From Malacoraja senta (Eukaryota): 64,000 bases of DNA. Both the position numbers and the translations under genes were made by a program. This document shows, in pieces, positions 13,590 to 26,485 of this stretch (positions are counted from its first letter, which is position 1; every line of letters begins with the position of its first letter). The stretch lies in NCBI GenBank assembly GCA_038087875.1, contig CM075994.1, forward strand, positions 8,248,001-8,312,000, given 5' to 3'. The notes beneath the pieces were generated by a model. That model did no database searches and was not told the DNA's origin. It saw nothing but the letters and a program-made list of their open reading frames with translations.

Positions 13590-13995
13590 AGGTTTACAAG
13601 GTTAATTCCCTAGATGGCGGGACTGTCATATGCTGAGAGAATGGAGCGGCTGGGCTTGAAGACTGGAGTTTAGAAGGATGACGGGATCTGATTGAAATAT
13701 ATAAGATTATTAAGGGTTTGGTCACGCTAGAGGCAGGACACATGTTCCCGATGTTGGGGGAGTCCAGAACCAGGGGCCACAGTTCAGGAATAAGGGGTAA
13801 GCCATTTAGAACGGAGACGAGGAAACACTTTTTCACCTAGAGAGTTGTGAGTCTGGAATTCTCTGCCTCAGAGGGCGATGGAGGCCGGTTCTCTGGATAC
13901 TTTCAAGAGAGAGCTAGATAGGGCTCTTAAAGATAGCGGAGTCAGGGGATATGGAGAAAAGGCAGGAACGGGGTACTGATTTGGGATGATCAGCC
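13590..13995 (+). mobile_element. CR1/HER1-like LINE 3' fragment
   Basis: Decayed LEFRRM...GESRTRGHS...LWNSLP motifs plus the family 3' tail. Confidence 0.8.
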
Positions 13996-14100
13996 TGAAT
14001 TTCTATGACGTGAGGTTTCTGTGGAGGGCGCTTAATGTGTCACAGCGGTACCCCCACCTGGTTGGTATATGTGCCCTCACCTGTGGTCTGTCTGTTGTAG

Positions 14101-14206
14101 CCACACGTTTGGGAAGAAAGTGACGGGGATGGCATACGTGAGGTTCGCCATCATGGACGATGAAAAGAAAAAAATCTATCTCCGGGGGCTGGAGCAACAA
14201 CTCGAG
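14101..14206 (+). CDS. c4: Complement C4-like, exon E: HTFGKKVTGMAYVRFAIMDDEKKKIYLRGLEQQLE
   Basis: tgtag| ... |gtgcgt; 106 nt, phase 2 to 0. Matches C4 YGKPVQGVAYVRFG...FRGLESQ. Confidence 0.92.
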
Positions 14207-15419
14207 GTGCGTAGATATCCTGCCGCCTACTGCCATCCCTATCTGTAACAAGTTCACAAGTTATAGGAGTAGAATTAGGCCATTCGGCCCATCGGGTCCA
14301 CTCTGCCATTCAATCATGGCTGATCTCTGCCTCCTAATCCCAATTTCCTGCCTTCTCGCCATAACCCTTGACACCCGTTCTAATCAAGAACTTGTCTATC
14401 TCTGCCTTAAAAATATCCACTAACTTGGCCTCCACAGCCCTCTGTGGCAATGAGTTCCACAGATTAACTGCCCTCTGACTAAAGAAGTTCCTCCTCACCT
14501 CCTTTCTAAAAGAGTGAAATTTCGGAAAAAACCCGCGCAGTTCGCGGGGAGAATGTACAAATGCCGTACAGACATAGGGTTGCCAACTGTCCCGTATTAG
14601 CCAGGACATCCCGTATATTGGGCTAAATTAGTTTGTCCCGTACGTGACTGCTACTACTCCCGCCCTTGTCCCGTATTTGACTGCTACTACTTGGGTCGAG
14701 GGGACTGTCGGGTCGGAGCGCCGTGTCCGGCCCCACCTCACCCGTCCCTACGTAGTGCAGCCCATGGAGGCTGGTGGGACTAGTGTAGATGTGCGGGGAT
14801 CGCTGGTCGGCGCGGTCTCGGTGGGCCGAAGGGCCTGTTTCCATGCTGTATCTCCAAACTAAACTGAACCAATCTAAAGCAAATAATACCACAGAAACAG
14901 ACAGATATTTTTTCTTAAATTAGACACAAAAAGCTTGAGTCAGCAGGACAGGCAGCATCTCCTAGGTCTCCTCCATTGTCAGAGTGAGGCTAAACGCGAA
15001 TTGGAGGAACAGCATCTCATATTTCACTTGGGCAGCTTTCAGCCCAGTGGTATGAACATTGACCTCTCACTTCAGGTAGCCCCGACATTCCCTCTCTTTC
15101 TCTATCCCTCCCCCACCCAAGTCGCACCAGCTTCTCGTTTTCACCCAACAAACAGCTAACAATGGCCTGTTTCCTTTATCATCGTTACTTTTACGCATAA
15201 CTTTCATTCATTGTTCTTTATCTCTCCACATCATCGTCTATATCTCTCGTTTCCCTTATCCCTGACCAGTCTGAAGAAGAGACTCGACCCGAAACATCAC
15301 CCGTTCCTTCTCTCCACAGATGCCGCATGATCCGCTGAGTGGCCGCAGCTTTTTGTGTCTATCTTCGGTGTAAACCAGCGTCTGCATGTCCCTTCCTAGA
15401 TATTTGTTCTTGTTTTTAG

Positions 15420-15543
15420 ATGAATAGCGGAGAGGCAGTATCGTCCGTAAAGAGCTGGAATATATCGGAAAGTTCATCAAAAAGTTTGAGTGAGCTTGTG
15501 GGTCATCGCCTCTACATAGCCGTAACCGTCTTTGAAATATCCA
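15420..15543 (+). CDS. c4: Complement C4-like, exon F: MNSGEAVSSVKSWNISESSSKSLSELVGHRLYIAVTVFEIS
   Basis: tttag| ... |gtaagt; 124 nt, phase 0 to 1. LVGHRLYIAV matches LQGLRLYVAA. Confidence 0.88.
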
Positions 15544-16659
15544 GTAAGTGAGATCTCTAATGCCCTTTAAACAGTCGCTCATCGATTGAGAGCAAAGTCT
15601 TCAATTCTTCGGACGTAGGAGCAGAATCACAGGCAGCTAATTCCAGATGTTACACCCCAGCGGTATGAATATTGAAGATGGAAACAAAAAGCTGGAGTAG
15701 CTCAGCGGGACAGGCAGCATTTCTCGTTGACAAGGGATGGGTAACGTCACCATTCTTTCTCTCCAGAGACGCTGCCTGTCCCGTTGAGCTACTCAAGCTT
15801 TTTGAGCCTATCTTCAGCTTAAACCAGCTTCTGCAGTTCCTTCCTACTCTTTCTGTCCTGGACCTCCTCCACTGTCAGAGTGAGGCCCAGCGCTAATTGG
15901 AGGAACAGCACCTCATATGTCGCTTGGGCAGCTTACACCCCAGCGGTATGAACATTGACTTCTCTAACTTCAAGTAACCCTTGCTTTACCCTCTCTCTCC
16001 ATCGCTCCCCCTTCCCAGTTCTCCGACTTTTCTGATTGTCTCCCTGATTAAATTGTATCTCTGTTGAGGAAGGAACTGCAGATGCTGGAACAATTGAAGG
16101 TAGACAAAAATGCTGGAGAAACTCAGCGGGTGAGGCAGCATCTATGGAGTGAAGGAATGGGTGATGTTTCGGGTCGAAACACTTCTTCAGACTGATGTGC
16201 TTTGGTTGTCACCTTACCCTTCCTTATCTCTGTGTCTCCCTGTATCTCTCCACATCATCGTCTATATCTCTCGTTTCCCTCTCCCCTGACACTCAGTCTG
16301 AAGAAGGGTTCCAACCCGAAACGTCACCCATTCCTTCTCTCCAGAGATGCTGCCTGGCCCGCTGAGTGACTCCAGCATTTCGTGTCTATCTACTGCTTTG
16401 ACCTGTGGAGGTTCGATAGAGTATTTCTCAACACGCAAAACTCAAACTTCTGCGGAAGTAGGTGTTGGTGAGTTTTCCTTATGAGTGTATCGATGTGCCC
16501 AGTAGCCCAGCACAGATCAGTGGAACAACATACAACAAATGCGGCCTCACCAACTTCTTATACAACCGCAACATGACCTCCCTGTTTCAGTTTAGTTTAT
16601 TGTCACGTGTACCCAAAATTATTGTTTTTTGCACAATACATGTGACTCAAACTGTTGTG

Positions 16660-17212
16660 AATATTTAGTTTAAAAATAATGATCATAGAGAATAACACAA
16701 AATATAGATAATTTAGATGGCTTATGACATGATTGTCCAAAGAAAATGGGCATTTTAATCATCTTGCTTCTGGAACGCGATCGATTGGAATGTTGCATTT
16801 GCGGTGAATTTGAACCCCATATCGGCAGGAAAGACACTGGCGGTTTGTATGGGGCCCAAATCACATTTTCGCAACGTAAAATTAGATTAAAGCCATCCCA
16901 AGAAGCAAGATTATATGTAAAATATACGACTTACCCTTTGTTTTGTCCCGTTCTTGCGATCCGTCACGTTGTAGGCATTGAGGGCGTAGGAAGCCGTTTT
17001 TTATTTTAATCCAATTATTACATTTTTAAATATACCGGAAACGGAAGTCCGATCGATTTTTCTTCATCAGCTAGCAGCCCGAGGAAATCCGCCTCCGACA
17101 GGCAGTACAAAACTGGATTTTAATCACCCCCCCCCCCCAAGGCGCTAAAGTCGTGCACACGGCCAGTGGCAGAACTGCAGTGCCGCTGAAGGTAGGTATT
17201 GTAACATCGCTA
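16660..17212. mobile_element. Partial copy (one end) of the DNA-transposon-like family at 23516-24555
   Basis: Shares ggccagtggcagaa...gaaggtag/a...tgtaacat terminus with that element. Confidence 0.6.
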
Positions 17213-17237
17213 TTCGATGCTGGTCTAGTCATTGCAG

Positions 17238-17856
17238 GCTGAAGATAGAAACAAAAAGCTGGAGTAACTCAGCTGGACAGGCAGCATCCCTGGAGAGAAG
17301 GAATGGGTGACGTTTCGGGTCGAGACCCTTCTTCAGACTGAGAGTCTGGGGAGAGGGAAACGAGAGAGAAAGCCGGTGATGTAGAGAGATAAAGAACAAT
17401 GAATGAAAGATATGTAAAAAAGTAACGATGATAAAGGAAACAGGCCATTGTTCGCTGTTTGCTGGGTGAGAACGAGAAGCTGGGGTGACTTGAGTGGGAA
17501 GGGGTGGGGAGGGATGGAGAGAGAGGGAATGCCGGGGTTATATGAAGTTAGAGAAATCAGTATTCATATCGCTGGGCTGTAAGCTGCCCAAGCCCACTCA
17601 AGTCTCACCAGCTTCCCGTTCTCACCCAGCAAACAGCTAACAATGGCCTGTTTCTTTTATCAGCGTTACTTTTTTGCATATCTTTCATTCATTGTTCTGT
17701 ATCTCTCTACATCACCGTATAAATCTCCCATTTCCCTTTCCCCTGTGTCTCTCAGCCTGAAGAAGGGTGTCGACCCGAAACGTTACCCATTCCTTCTCTC
17801 CACAAGATGCTGCCTGTCCCGCTAAGTTGCTCCAGCTCTTTGTGTTTATCTTCAGT
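17238..17856. mobile_element. Penelope-like pseudo-LTRs in inverted arrangement
   Basis: 17238-17498 is the reverse complement of 17593-17856; each arm carries a hammerhead-like motif. Confidence 0.8.
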
Positions 17857-17920
17857 GTAAACCAGCATCTGTGGATCCTACCCACACATTTAGTCACTGC
17901 TTGCTCCTGTTTTGCTGCAG

Positions 17921-18036
17921 GTGGGCTCATGGAGGAACTGGAGGTTAGCAAGATCCAGTTCGTTTCCTCCCCGTACGTCATCGACCTATCGAGGACAATC
18001 AGCTACTTCACCCCTGAGCTCCCGTTCAACGTTCTG
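17921..18036 (+). CDS. c4: Complement C4-like, exon G: (S)GLMEELEVSKIQFVSSPYVIDLSRTISYFTPELPFNVL
   Basis: tgcag| ... |gtgcgt; 116 nt, phase 1 to 0. Matches C4 GGEMEEAE...FVSSPFSLDLS. Confidence 0.92.
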
Positions 18037-19619
18037 GTGCGTATTACCTCACCCAGCTGCAACTAAGTGTATCGTGCCCCATGAAATGTAAACACTGGAA
18101 TTTAGAAGGATGAGAGGAGAGCTTATCGAAACATAGAAGATTATTGATGGATTGGACATCCTAGAGGCAGGAAACATGTTCCAGAACCAGGGGCCACAGT
18201 TTAAGAATAAGGGGTCGGCCATTTAGAACGGAGACGAGGAAAAACGTTTTCACCCAGAGAGTTGTGAATCTGTGAAATTCTCGGCCTCAGAAGGCAGTGG
18301 AGGCCGATTCTCTGGATGCTTTCAAGAGAGAGTTAGAGCTGTTAAAGACAGTAGAGTTGTGGGATATGGGGAGGGCAGGAACGGGGTACTGAATGTGGAT
18401 GATCAGCCATGATCACAGTGAATGGCAGTGCTGGCTCGAAGGGCTGAATAGCCTACTCCTGCACCTATTGTCTATTGTCTATTGAAATGTTCATTCATAA
18501 AATCATAAGTTCATAAATTCGGAAGTTCTGAGATGCACAATAAAGAACTATCCGCTCCCGTCAGGCAGATGGTATAGAAGCTTCACAAGTTCACATCATA
18601 GAAGCAAAATTAGGCCATTCGGCCCATCGTCTGCCATTCAATCATGGCTGATCTATCTCTCCCTCCCAACCCCATTCTCCTGCCTTCTCCCCATAACCTC
18701 TGACACCGTACTGATCAAGAATCTATCTCTGCCTTAAAAATATCCACTGACTTGTGGCCTCCACAGCCGTCTGTGGCAATGAATCCTGCAGATTCACCAT
18801 CCCCTGACTAAATATATTCCTCTTCATCTTTCTAAAGGAACGTCCTTTTATTCTGAGGCTATGACGTGTAGACAGTCACAGGTTTGTCTAGGAATCATGT
18901 TGTGGGCCGAAGGGCCTGTGCCTGCACTGTGCACAATTCTACAAAACTTAAGTTGATGGAAAATCTCAATGAAAATGGAATAGAAAGGAACTGCAGATGC
19001 CAGTCTATACCAAAGATAGGCCCAAAGTGCTGGAGTAACTCAGAGGGTCAGGCCGCATTTCTGGATAACATAGAACTTTTTAGACATTTTTTTTAGTTTA
19101 GAAAATGATTTTTGGGAAACTAAAATGGCGATCCATTTCCTACAGATATGCTGCCGGAGTTATTCCAGCACTCTGTGTCTCTCTTTAAAAATCGCAAACA
19201 CTCCATCAGCACTGAGTTCAGTTTAGTTTAGTTTACATTTCCCGTCCACAATTCGCTGCAATCAAGCCATCCACAGTGTACAGATACACGATAAATGGAA
19301 TAACGTTTGTTGTCAGCTAAAGATAGTCCGACGGTCTCCAATGAGGTAGATGGGTGGTCAGGACCGCTCTCTAATTGGTGGTAGGATGGTTCACCTGCCT
19401 GATAACAGCTGGGAAGAAACTGTCCCTGAATCTGGAGGTGTGCGTTTTCACACCTGTGCCTCTTGCCCGATGGGAGAGGGGAAAAGAGAGATTGATCGGG
19501 GTGCGAATGGTCCTTAATTATGCTGCTGGTCTTGCCGAGGCAACGTCAGGTATAAATGGAGTCAATGAAAGGGAGGTTGGTTTGCGTGATGGTCTGGGCT
19601 GCGTCCACAATTCACAATT

Positions 19620-21555
19620 CACTGCAATGACATTGACATGTCGCTAGTTAAGATGGTCATTGAGGGGATCTCCAAACCTTTAACATTCATCTGTAATTTA
19701 TCCTTCCAGACCGGTACTTTTCCAATTCAAATGAAAATAGCAAAAATAATACCAATATACAAAACAGGGAACAAGCATCATTTTACAAACTATAGACCTG
19801 TTTCCTTACTCCCACAATTTTCCAAAATATTAGAAAAAATGTTTAATAATAGACTAGACAAATTTGTAGAAAATAATAAATTATTAACAGAAAGTCAATA
19901 TGGATTCAGAACAAATAGATCAACATCACTTGCAATACTAGAATTAATTGAAGACATCACAAACGCCATTGATAAGAAATTATATGCAGCTGGGATATTC
20001 ATTGACATAAAAAAAGCATTTGATACAATTAATCATGATATTTTATTTAAAAAAATGGAGAGGTATGGAATTAGAGGAATAGTACTGGACTGGATTAAAA
20101 GCTACTTAAGTAACAGGCAACAGTTTGTAAATCTGGGTAGTCATAATTCTACATGTTTGGACATTGTGTGTGGTGTACCACAGGGGTCAGTGCTGGGCCC
20201 AAAATTATTTATCATGTACATAAATGATATTTGTAATGTGTCCAATGTCTTGAGGCTGGTTTTGTTTGCAGATGATACAACTTTTTTTTGTTCTGGGGAA
20301 AATTTAAAAAGGCTATTGGATAAAATAATAAAAGAAATGGGTAAATTGAAAATATGGTTTGATAGTAATAAAATTTCATTAAATCTGAGTAAAACTAAAA
20401 TAATGTTATTTGGTAATTGTAGAATAAGTCCCCTAGTAAGTATAAAGATAAATGGGGTGGAAGTTGAAAGAGTGCATGAAAATAAATTTCTTGGGGTTAT
20501 AATTGACGATAAAATAAGCTGGAAATCACATATTAAACATGTAAAATTAAAATTATCAAAAAGTATCTCTGTATTATACAAAGCCAAGCAAGCTCTGGAT
20601 TACAAATCACTCCGTATTCTTTATTGTACATTAATTTTACCCTACTTAAATTATTGTACAGAAGTCTGGGGAAATAATTATAAAAATTCGATACACTCAT
20701 TAACCATGATGCAAAAAAGAGCAATTCGTATTATCCATAATGCTAAGTATCTGGGTCATACGAATCCATTATTTTTAGAGTCAAAATTATTAAAATTAGA
20801 AGATTTGGTCACATTCAAAACAGCTCAGATAATGTTCAGGGCCAAAAATAAAAATTTACCTGGAAACATTCAAAAATTATTTAACGAGCGTGTGGGGGGT
20901 TACAATTTAAGAGGAATATTTAACTTTAAGAAACAAAAAGTCCGTACGACTAGAAAAACCTTTTGTATTTCGGTTTGTGTAGGAGTGTGGAATAAATTGA
21001 ACGGCGAATTGAAGCAATGCACAAACATGAATCATTTTAAAATGATATATAAAAAAATAATGCTCAAGGGGTACAGGGATGGAGGGGATGGTTGACAAGT
21101 GGGGGTTGATGTTTATCTTGTTTACAATCGTTGATGTTTATCTTGTTACTATTGTTGATGTTTATCTTGTTTACTATTGTTCACTGATGTTGGGTACTTC
21201 AAATATGAAGATTGTATGTACATAATAGTTGTATGTATATATGTGTCTGTATGTATTATGGGAAATTGCCTAGGGCAGTACTATTATTAGTAAGGAATTG
21301 ATTTTTAAATACGATAGAAGTGTTGGGGAAAAGGGGTGAGATTTAATAAGTTATTCTTCTTCTCCTTTTCGAGCTTGTACAGACTCTGAGTTGGACATTG
21401 GAACCTTGATTTTGTTCTTCTCATTTGTAAATGTTGATTGCAATGTTCAATTGTTTGATAATTTCGATTTTGTTAATATCAATGTCTTTAATGTCTTTAC
21501 TTGTTCGGAATAAATAAATAAAAATAAAAAAATAAAAAAATAAAAATAAATAAAT
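19620..21555 (+). mobile_element. 5'-truncated CR1/L2-group (Crack/Daphne-like) LINE with 3' UTR and (AAAT)-type tail
   Basis: RT ORF 19638-21095, 3' UTR with short tandem repeats, A-rich tail at about 21509-21555. Confidence 0.85.
19638..21095 (+). CDS. Non-LTR retrotransposon reverse transcriptase, 485 aa uninterrupted, endonuclease missing
   Basis: NYRPVSLL, QYGFR, FIDIKKAFD, GVPQGSVLGP, FADD and FLG motifs. Confidence 0.92.
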   Translation: MSLVKMVIEGISKPLTFICNLSFQTGTFPIQMKIAKIIPIYKTGNKHHFTNYRPVSLLPQFSKILEKMFNNRLDKFVENNKLLTESQYGFRTNRSTSLAILELIEDITNAIDKKLYAAGIFIDIKKAFDTINHDILFKKMERYGIRGIVLDWIKSYLSNRQQFVNLGSHNSTCLDIVCGVPQGSVLGPKLFIMYINDICNVSNVLRLVLFADDTTFFCSGENLKRLLDKIIKEMGKLKIWFDSNKISLNLSKTKIMLFGNCRISPLVSIKINGVEVERVHENKFLGVIIDDKISWKSHIKHVKLKLSKSISVLYKAKQALDYKSLRILYCTLILPYLNYCTEVWGNNYKNSIHSLTMMQKRAIRIIHNAKYLGHTNPLFLESKLLKLEDLVTFKTAQIMFRAKNKNLPGNIQKLFNERVGGYNLRGIFNFKKQKVRTTRKTFCISVCVGVWNKLNGELKQCTNMNHFKMIYKKIMLKGYRDGGDG

Positions 21556-22072
21556 GAACCCCTCCATAATGTACAGATACAGGATAAAGGGAATAACGTT
21601 TAGTACAAGATAAAGTCCAATGAAAGATAGTCCGAGGTTCTCCATTGAGGTAGATGGGAGGTCAGGACTGCTCTCTAGTTGTGGTAGGATGGTTCAGTTT
21701 GTTGGGAGAAGGATAGTGAGAGAATGTTCACCCAGAGAGTTGTGAATCTGTGGAATTCTCTGCCGCAGAAGGCAGTGGAGGCCAATTCACTGGATGTTTT
21801 CAAGAGAGATTTAGGTTTAGCTCTCAGGGCTAACGGAATCAAGGGATATGGGGAGAAAGCAGGAACGGGGTACTGATTTTGTAGTGATGAGCCATGATCA
21901 TATAAAATGGCGGTGCTGGCTCGAAGGGCCACCTATTTTCTCTGCTTCTATGAGAAGACGGAGTGAAACTGGTTCTGCTGGCGGCCTTGCTGAGGCAGCG
22001 TGAGGTGTATCTGGAGATCCTGGCGACTCGACTAGAAGCTTTGCTGACGTCCGCTGTGGGTTTATGTCGCAG

Positions 22073-22216
22073 GTCCGGGTAACTTATCCTGATGGGTCCC
22101 CTGCTACCAACGTCCCGGTCCGGCTAGAGGGATACGACAGTTTCAAAACAAAAGGGAATGGAATGGTTTTGTTATCAATGTCACCACCATCTGACACAGA
22201 GGCATTTGACATCAAG
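22073..22216 (+). CDS. c4: Complement C4-like, exon H: VRVTYPDGSPATNVPVRLEGYDSFKTKGNGMVLLSMSPPSDTEAFDIK
   Basis: cgcag| ... |gtaaga; 144 nt, phase 0 to 0. VTxPDGSPA..VPV is the MG4 motif. Confidence 0.92.
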
Positions 22217-22399
22217 GTAAGAAAATAATGTGGGCAATAGTGGTCAAAAATGCTTTCAGCACATTGGCCTTCATCAGAGTATTGAGACGAGAAGTTGGGA
22301 GGTCATGTTGAAGTTGTATAAGACGTTGGTGAGTCCGCATTTAGATTATTGTGTTAAATTCTGGCCACTGTGTTAAGTGAAAGATGTTGTCCCACCAGC

Positions 22400-22975
22400 C
22401 ACATTCAAGAGTGTTTTATTGTCACATGTCGCGGACGGGACAATGGAATTCTGCAGCACAACAGAATATGTGAATATGTAAATATTGTATATAACGGGGG
22501 GAAAAAAGAAAAAGTTCAATAAATACCAAATATAGTGCAAATAACAAATAATAATATAGTCTTTTGCAGTTCAGAGCTCATAGCTTATTCTTGTGTTTAA
22601 TAGCCTGATGGCTGTGGGGAAGTAGCTGTTCCTGAACCTGGACGTTACAATCTTCAGGCTCCTTCCTGTACCTTCTTCCTGGTGGCAGTAGTGAGATAAG
22701 TGTGTGACCAGGATGGTGTGGGTCCTTGATGATTTTGGCTGCCTTTTTGAGGCAGCGACTACGATAGATCCCTTCGACGGTGGGGACGTCAAAGCCGGCG
22801 ATGGACTGGGCAGTGGTCACAACTTTTTGTAGTCTTTTTGGACGTTCAAGTTGCCACCAGGCCACGATGCAACCAGTCAGAATGCTCTCTACCGTGCACC
22901 TGTAGAGGTTTAGGAGAATCCTCTTCAACATGCCGAATCACGGTAATCTTATCAGGAAGTAGAGTCGCTGATAGT
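22400..22975 (-). mobile_element. Rex1/Babar-like LINE 3' fragment inserted in a CR1 fragment
   Basis: YRCTVESILTGCIVAW...IIKDPHHPGH C-terminal motif. Similar fragments near 31005-31480, 46430-46640 and 61920-62400. Confidence 0.7.
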
Positions 22976-23515
22976 GATACAGCACCAAAACAGGTCATTC
23001 CACCCAACCGGCCAACATTTAAAGCTGGAAAAGGTTCAGAGAAGATTTACGAGGATGTTGCCAGGAATCAAGCATCTGAGCTATAGGGAGAGGTTGGGTA
23101 GGTTGGGACTCTATCCCTTGGAGAGCAGGAGGATGAGCGGTGATCTTATACAGGTGTACAAAATCATGAGAGGAACAGATCGGGTAGATACTCAGAGTCT
23201 CTTGCCCAGAGTAGGGGAATCGTGGACCTGAGGACATAGGTTCAAGGTAAAGGGGGAAAGATTTAATTGGAATCTGAGGGTAACTTTGTTCAAGCAAAAG
23301 TTGGTGGGTGTATGGAACGAGCTGCTAGAAAAGGTAGTTGGGGCAGGGACTAGGGCATCATTTAAGAAACAGTCAGAGATATATGGATAGGTTAAGTTTG
23401 GAGGGATATGGGCCAATCACAGACAGGTGGGACTAATGTAGCTGGGACATGTTGGCTGGTGTCGGCAAGTTAGGCCAAAGGGCCTGTTTCCGCATCATTT
23501 GACTATGACTAAATG

Positions 23516-24555
23516 TAGCAATGTTACAAAATTTTGAGATTAAAAAAATAAAGTCTGCAATTTATCCCATCAGATAAAGCATAAAAAGAAGTTTAATTTG
23601 ACACTTAATTCACTTTCATATCGTCAGTATTAAAAAAGTTATGGCCATTATCATACTCAGAAATTAGCATCTAGTTCCCTATTGCTTTTCCATTGACTTA
23701 ACACAAAAGCTGTGATCGAGGATAGTTAAAAGCCCATAACTTTCTTAAAAATTATGATAACTGAAAGAAATTTTCAGTTATTATAGATTGAAGCATTCCG
23801 AAACAAATATGAAACAATCTTACTTCGAAGACATGAAAGTAAAGCATATAATTAGTTAGTTACCTAATTGTAGCTAATTACAAAATTCAATTACTAGATC
23901 TAAACATCTATCAATTTCTTAAGAATAGATTAACATTTTTAAATAGCCTAAGTGTCCAAATAACATTCACACAATAATTCACAATATAACATAATTTTTA
24001 AATCTAATTTTCATGAATTTACAGGCCAAATGGAAGGAATTGAATGTTTAATACCTGTAAATTAATGGGGATTTAATTCATCTTGCGAGTGAGGATTTCT
24101 GGAATGCGATCTTTTGGAACGTTCATTTGCGGTGAATTTAACCCCGTATTGGCATGAAAAATACTGCCGTTAATTCAGGGAATAAAATCACCGTGTCGCA
24201 TGAAAAAAATTGAATTAAAGACTTCTTAAGAAGCACTTTTATACATTTAAAGAAACCACTTTCGTTTACCTGTCCCGTGTGTGAAATCCGTCCCCGTTAT
24301 CGGCGTTGACGCTTCAGGAGCTGCTTTTAAAATTACCGTAGCGCTGACATTGACGATTTAATTTTTTTTAAAAATTCACAAAACGCCGGTAGGAACGATT
24401 TGTCTGCCAAGGCTTGTACTCCAACAAAATATTAACCAGGACCAGGGAGGAGAAACCGCGTTTTAACCCCGCCCCCCTTTAAAGGCGCCAAAATCGCACA
24501 CACGGCCAGTGGCAGAATTACAGCGCGACTGAAGGTAAGTTTTGTAACATACCTA
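23516..24555. mobile_element. Non-autonomous DNA transposon, possibly hAT
   Basis: Imperfect TIR tagcaatgttacaaaa / ttttgtaacataccta and a flanking 7-8 bp direct repeat (a)ctaaatg. AT-rich, no ORF. Confidence 0.6.
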
Positions 24556-24769
24556 CTAAATGGGGTGGCTGGTAGGACAACTTCCTGACACAGAGTGGTG
24601 TGGTCTGGAACGAGCTACCAGTGGTGGTGGTGGAGGCAGATAACCCTAACCCAATCCAACCCAACTTAAGAAGGGTCTCAACCCAAAACATCACTCATTC
24701 CTTCTCTCCAGAGATGCTGCCTGACCCGCTGAGTTACTCCAGCTTTTTGTGTCTACCTTCAACCCAATT

Positions 24770-25290
24770 CAATCCATCTTAACCCAACCCAACCAAACCC
24801 AACTTAACTCACCCCAACCAAACTCAACCCAACCCAAACCAACCCAACCCAACCCAACCCAACCTAACCCAACTTAACTCAACCCAACCCAACCTAACTC
24901 AACCCAATCTAACTCAAACCAACCGAACTCATCCCAACACATATCAAACCAACCCAATCAAACGCAGCCCACCCAACCTAACCCAACCCAACCTAACACA
25001 ACCTAACCCAACACAACTCAACCCATCCCAACCCAACCCATCCTAACCCAACCCAACCTAACCAAACCCACTTAACCCAACACAACCCCTCAACCCAAAC
25101 CAACCCAACTCATCCCCACTCAACTCAACCCAACCTAACCCAACCCCACTCAATCCAACCCAACACAACCCACAACCCAACTCAACTCATTCAACCCAAC
25201 CAAACCCAACCCAACCCAACCCAATGCTACTCAACCCACTCAACTGAACCCAACCCAACTCAACTCAACCCAAAACCAAAAACCAAAAAA
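24770..25290. repeat. Degenerate (AACCC)n pentanucleotide repeat
   Basis: Seen directly. Confidence 0.95.
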
Positions 25291-25302
25291 ACTCTCTGCC
25301 AG

Positions 25303-25497
25303 GTATTCGCTGGAGATGAGACGGACGGGGAGATCAGTGAAGCACGGAAGAAAATGCACAAGTACCAGTCGGAGAACAAGAACTATCTCCACATTTCGTT
25401 GCCACCGAATGTGGTTGATCCTGATGGATCGCTGTCTGCTGATATCAGAGTCATTACAGCAGCGAATGCTGGGGCAGTCAAGTGCTATTACTATCTG
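25303..25497 (+). CDS. c4: Complement C4-like, exon I: VFAGDETDGEISEARKKMHKYQSENKNYLHISLPPNVVDPDGSLSADIRVITAANAGAVKCYYYL
   Basis: gccag| ... |gtgagt; 195 nt, phase 0 to 0. YxS...NYLHIS...YYYL are MG5 motifs. Confidence 0.9.
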
Positions 25498-26485
25498 GTG
25501 AGTGCCAATATTCTCATTGCCTTCTGCATTCAAAGTCGACAACAAGCTTCATACCAATGTACAGTGACAATAGTGCTTTATTTCTCACATGTGGGCGCCA
25601 CCGTTTTTGGCGCCGTTATTCCAAGTCCAAAGTCCGGTCAGCCTGCGCGCTCGATGTTGTGGAGCAGTTCCTGCGAACCGACGTCCCTCTCCTCTCTTGG
25701 CTATCTCTGTGTCCCATTGGGCGCCTCCTGCAGCCGACCCTGAAGGCGCTGGTGGCGTTACCCCGGTTCATCCACCCACCCGCCCTTGCTCCTAGCGTCT
25801 GGCGTCTCCAGCTGCCTCCCGGTTACGCTGTGCACGTGTGTATGTGTTTGTGTACTTGTTAATGTGTGTGTGTGTGCGCGCGCGCACGCGTGTGTATACA
25901 TGACAATGTGTGCGTGTGACTGCATGTTTGTGAGTGTGTGTGTATATGTGCGTGTTTGTGTGAATATGTGCATGTTTATGAGTGCGTGTGTTTGTGAGTG
26001 GGTGTGAATGTATGTGTGTGTGAACACATACGCTCAGGCATGGAAACGCATACAAAAGTGAACGTACACATGTGACATGCGCACCGGTACGCTGAATCCC
26101 TGGGGACACATATGGTGAGATGGCTGCTGTGGCAATACAAGGGTGGCAGGTGCCGCAGCGGTAGAGTTGCTGCCTTACAGCCTTGCAGCACCAGAGACCC
26201 GGGTTCCATCCTGACTACGGGTGCTGCCTGTACGAAGTTTGTACCTTCTCCCAGTGACCTGCTTGGGTTTTCCGCGAGATCTCCGGTTTCCTCCCACACT
26301 CCAAAGAGGTACAGGTTTGTAGGTTAATTGGCTGGGTATAAGTGTCAAATATCCCGAGTGCGTGCAGGATAGTGTTAGTGTGTGGGGATCGCTGGTCGGC
26401 ACGGACTCGGTTGGCCGAAGGGCCCGTTTCCACGCTGTATCTCTGAACTAGACTGAACTGGACTAAAGTGCTGCTCTCTCCGTAG

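Noticed and set aside
24770..25290. Interstitial telomere
   Set aside because: The unit is mainly AACCC, not (CCCTAA)n.
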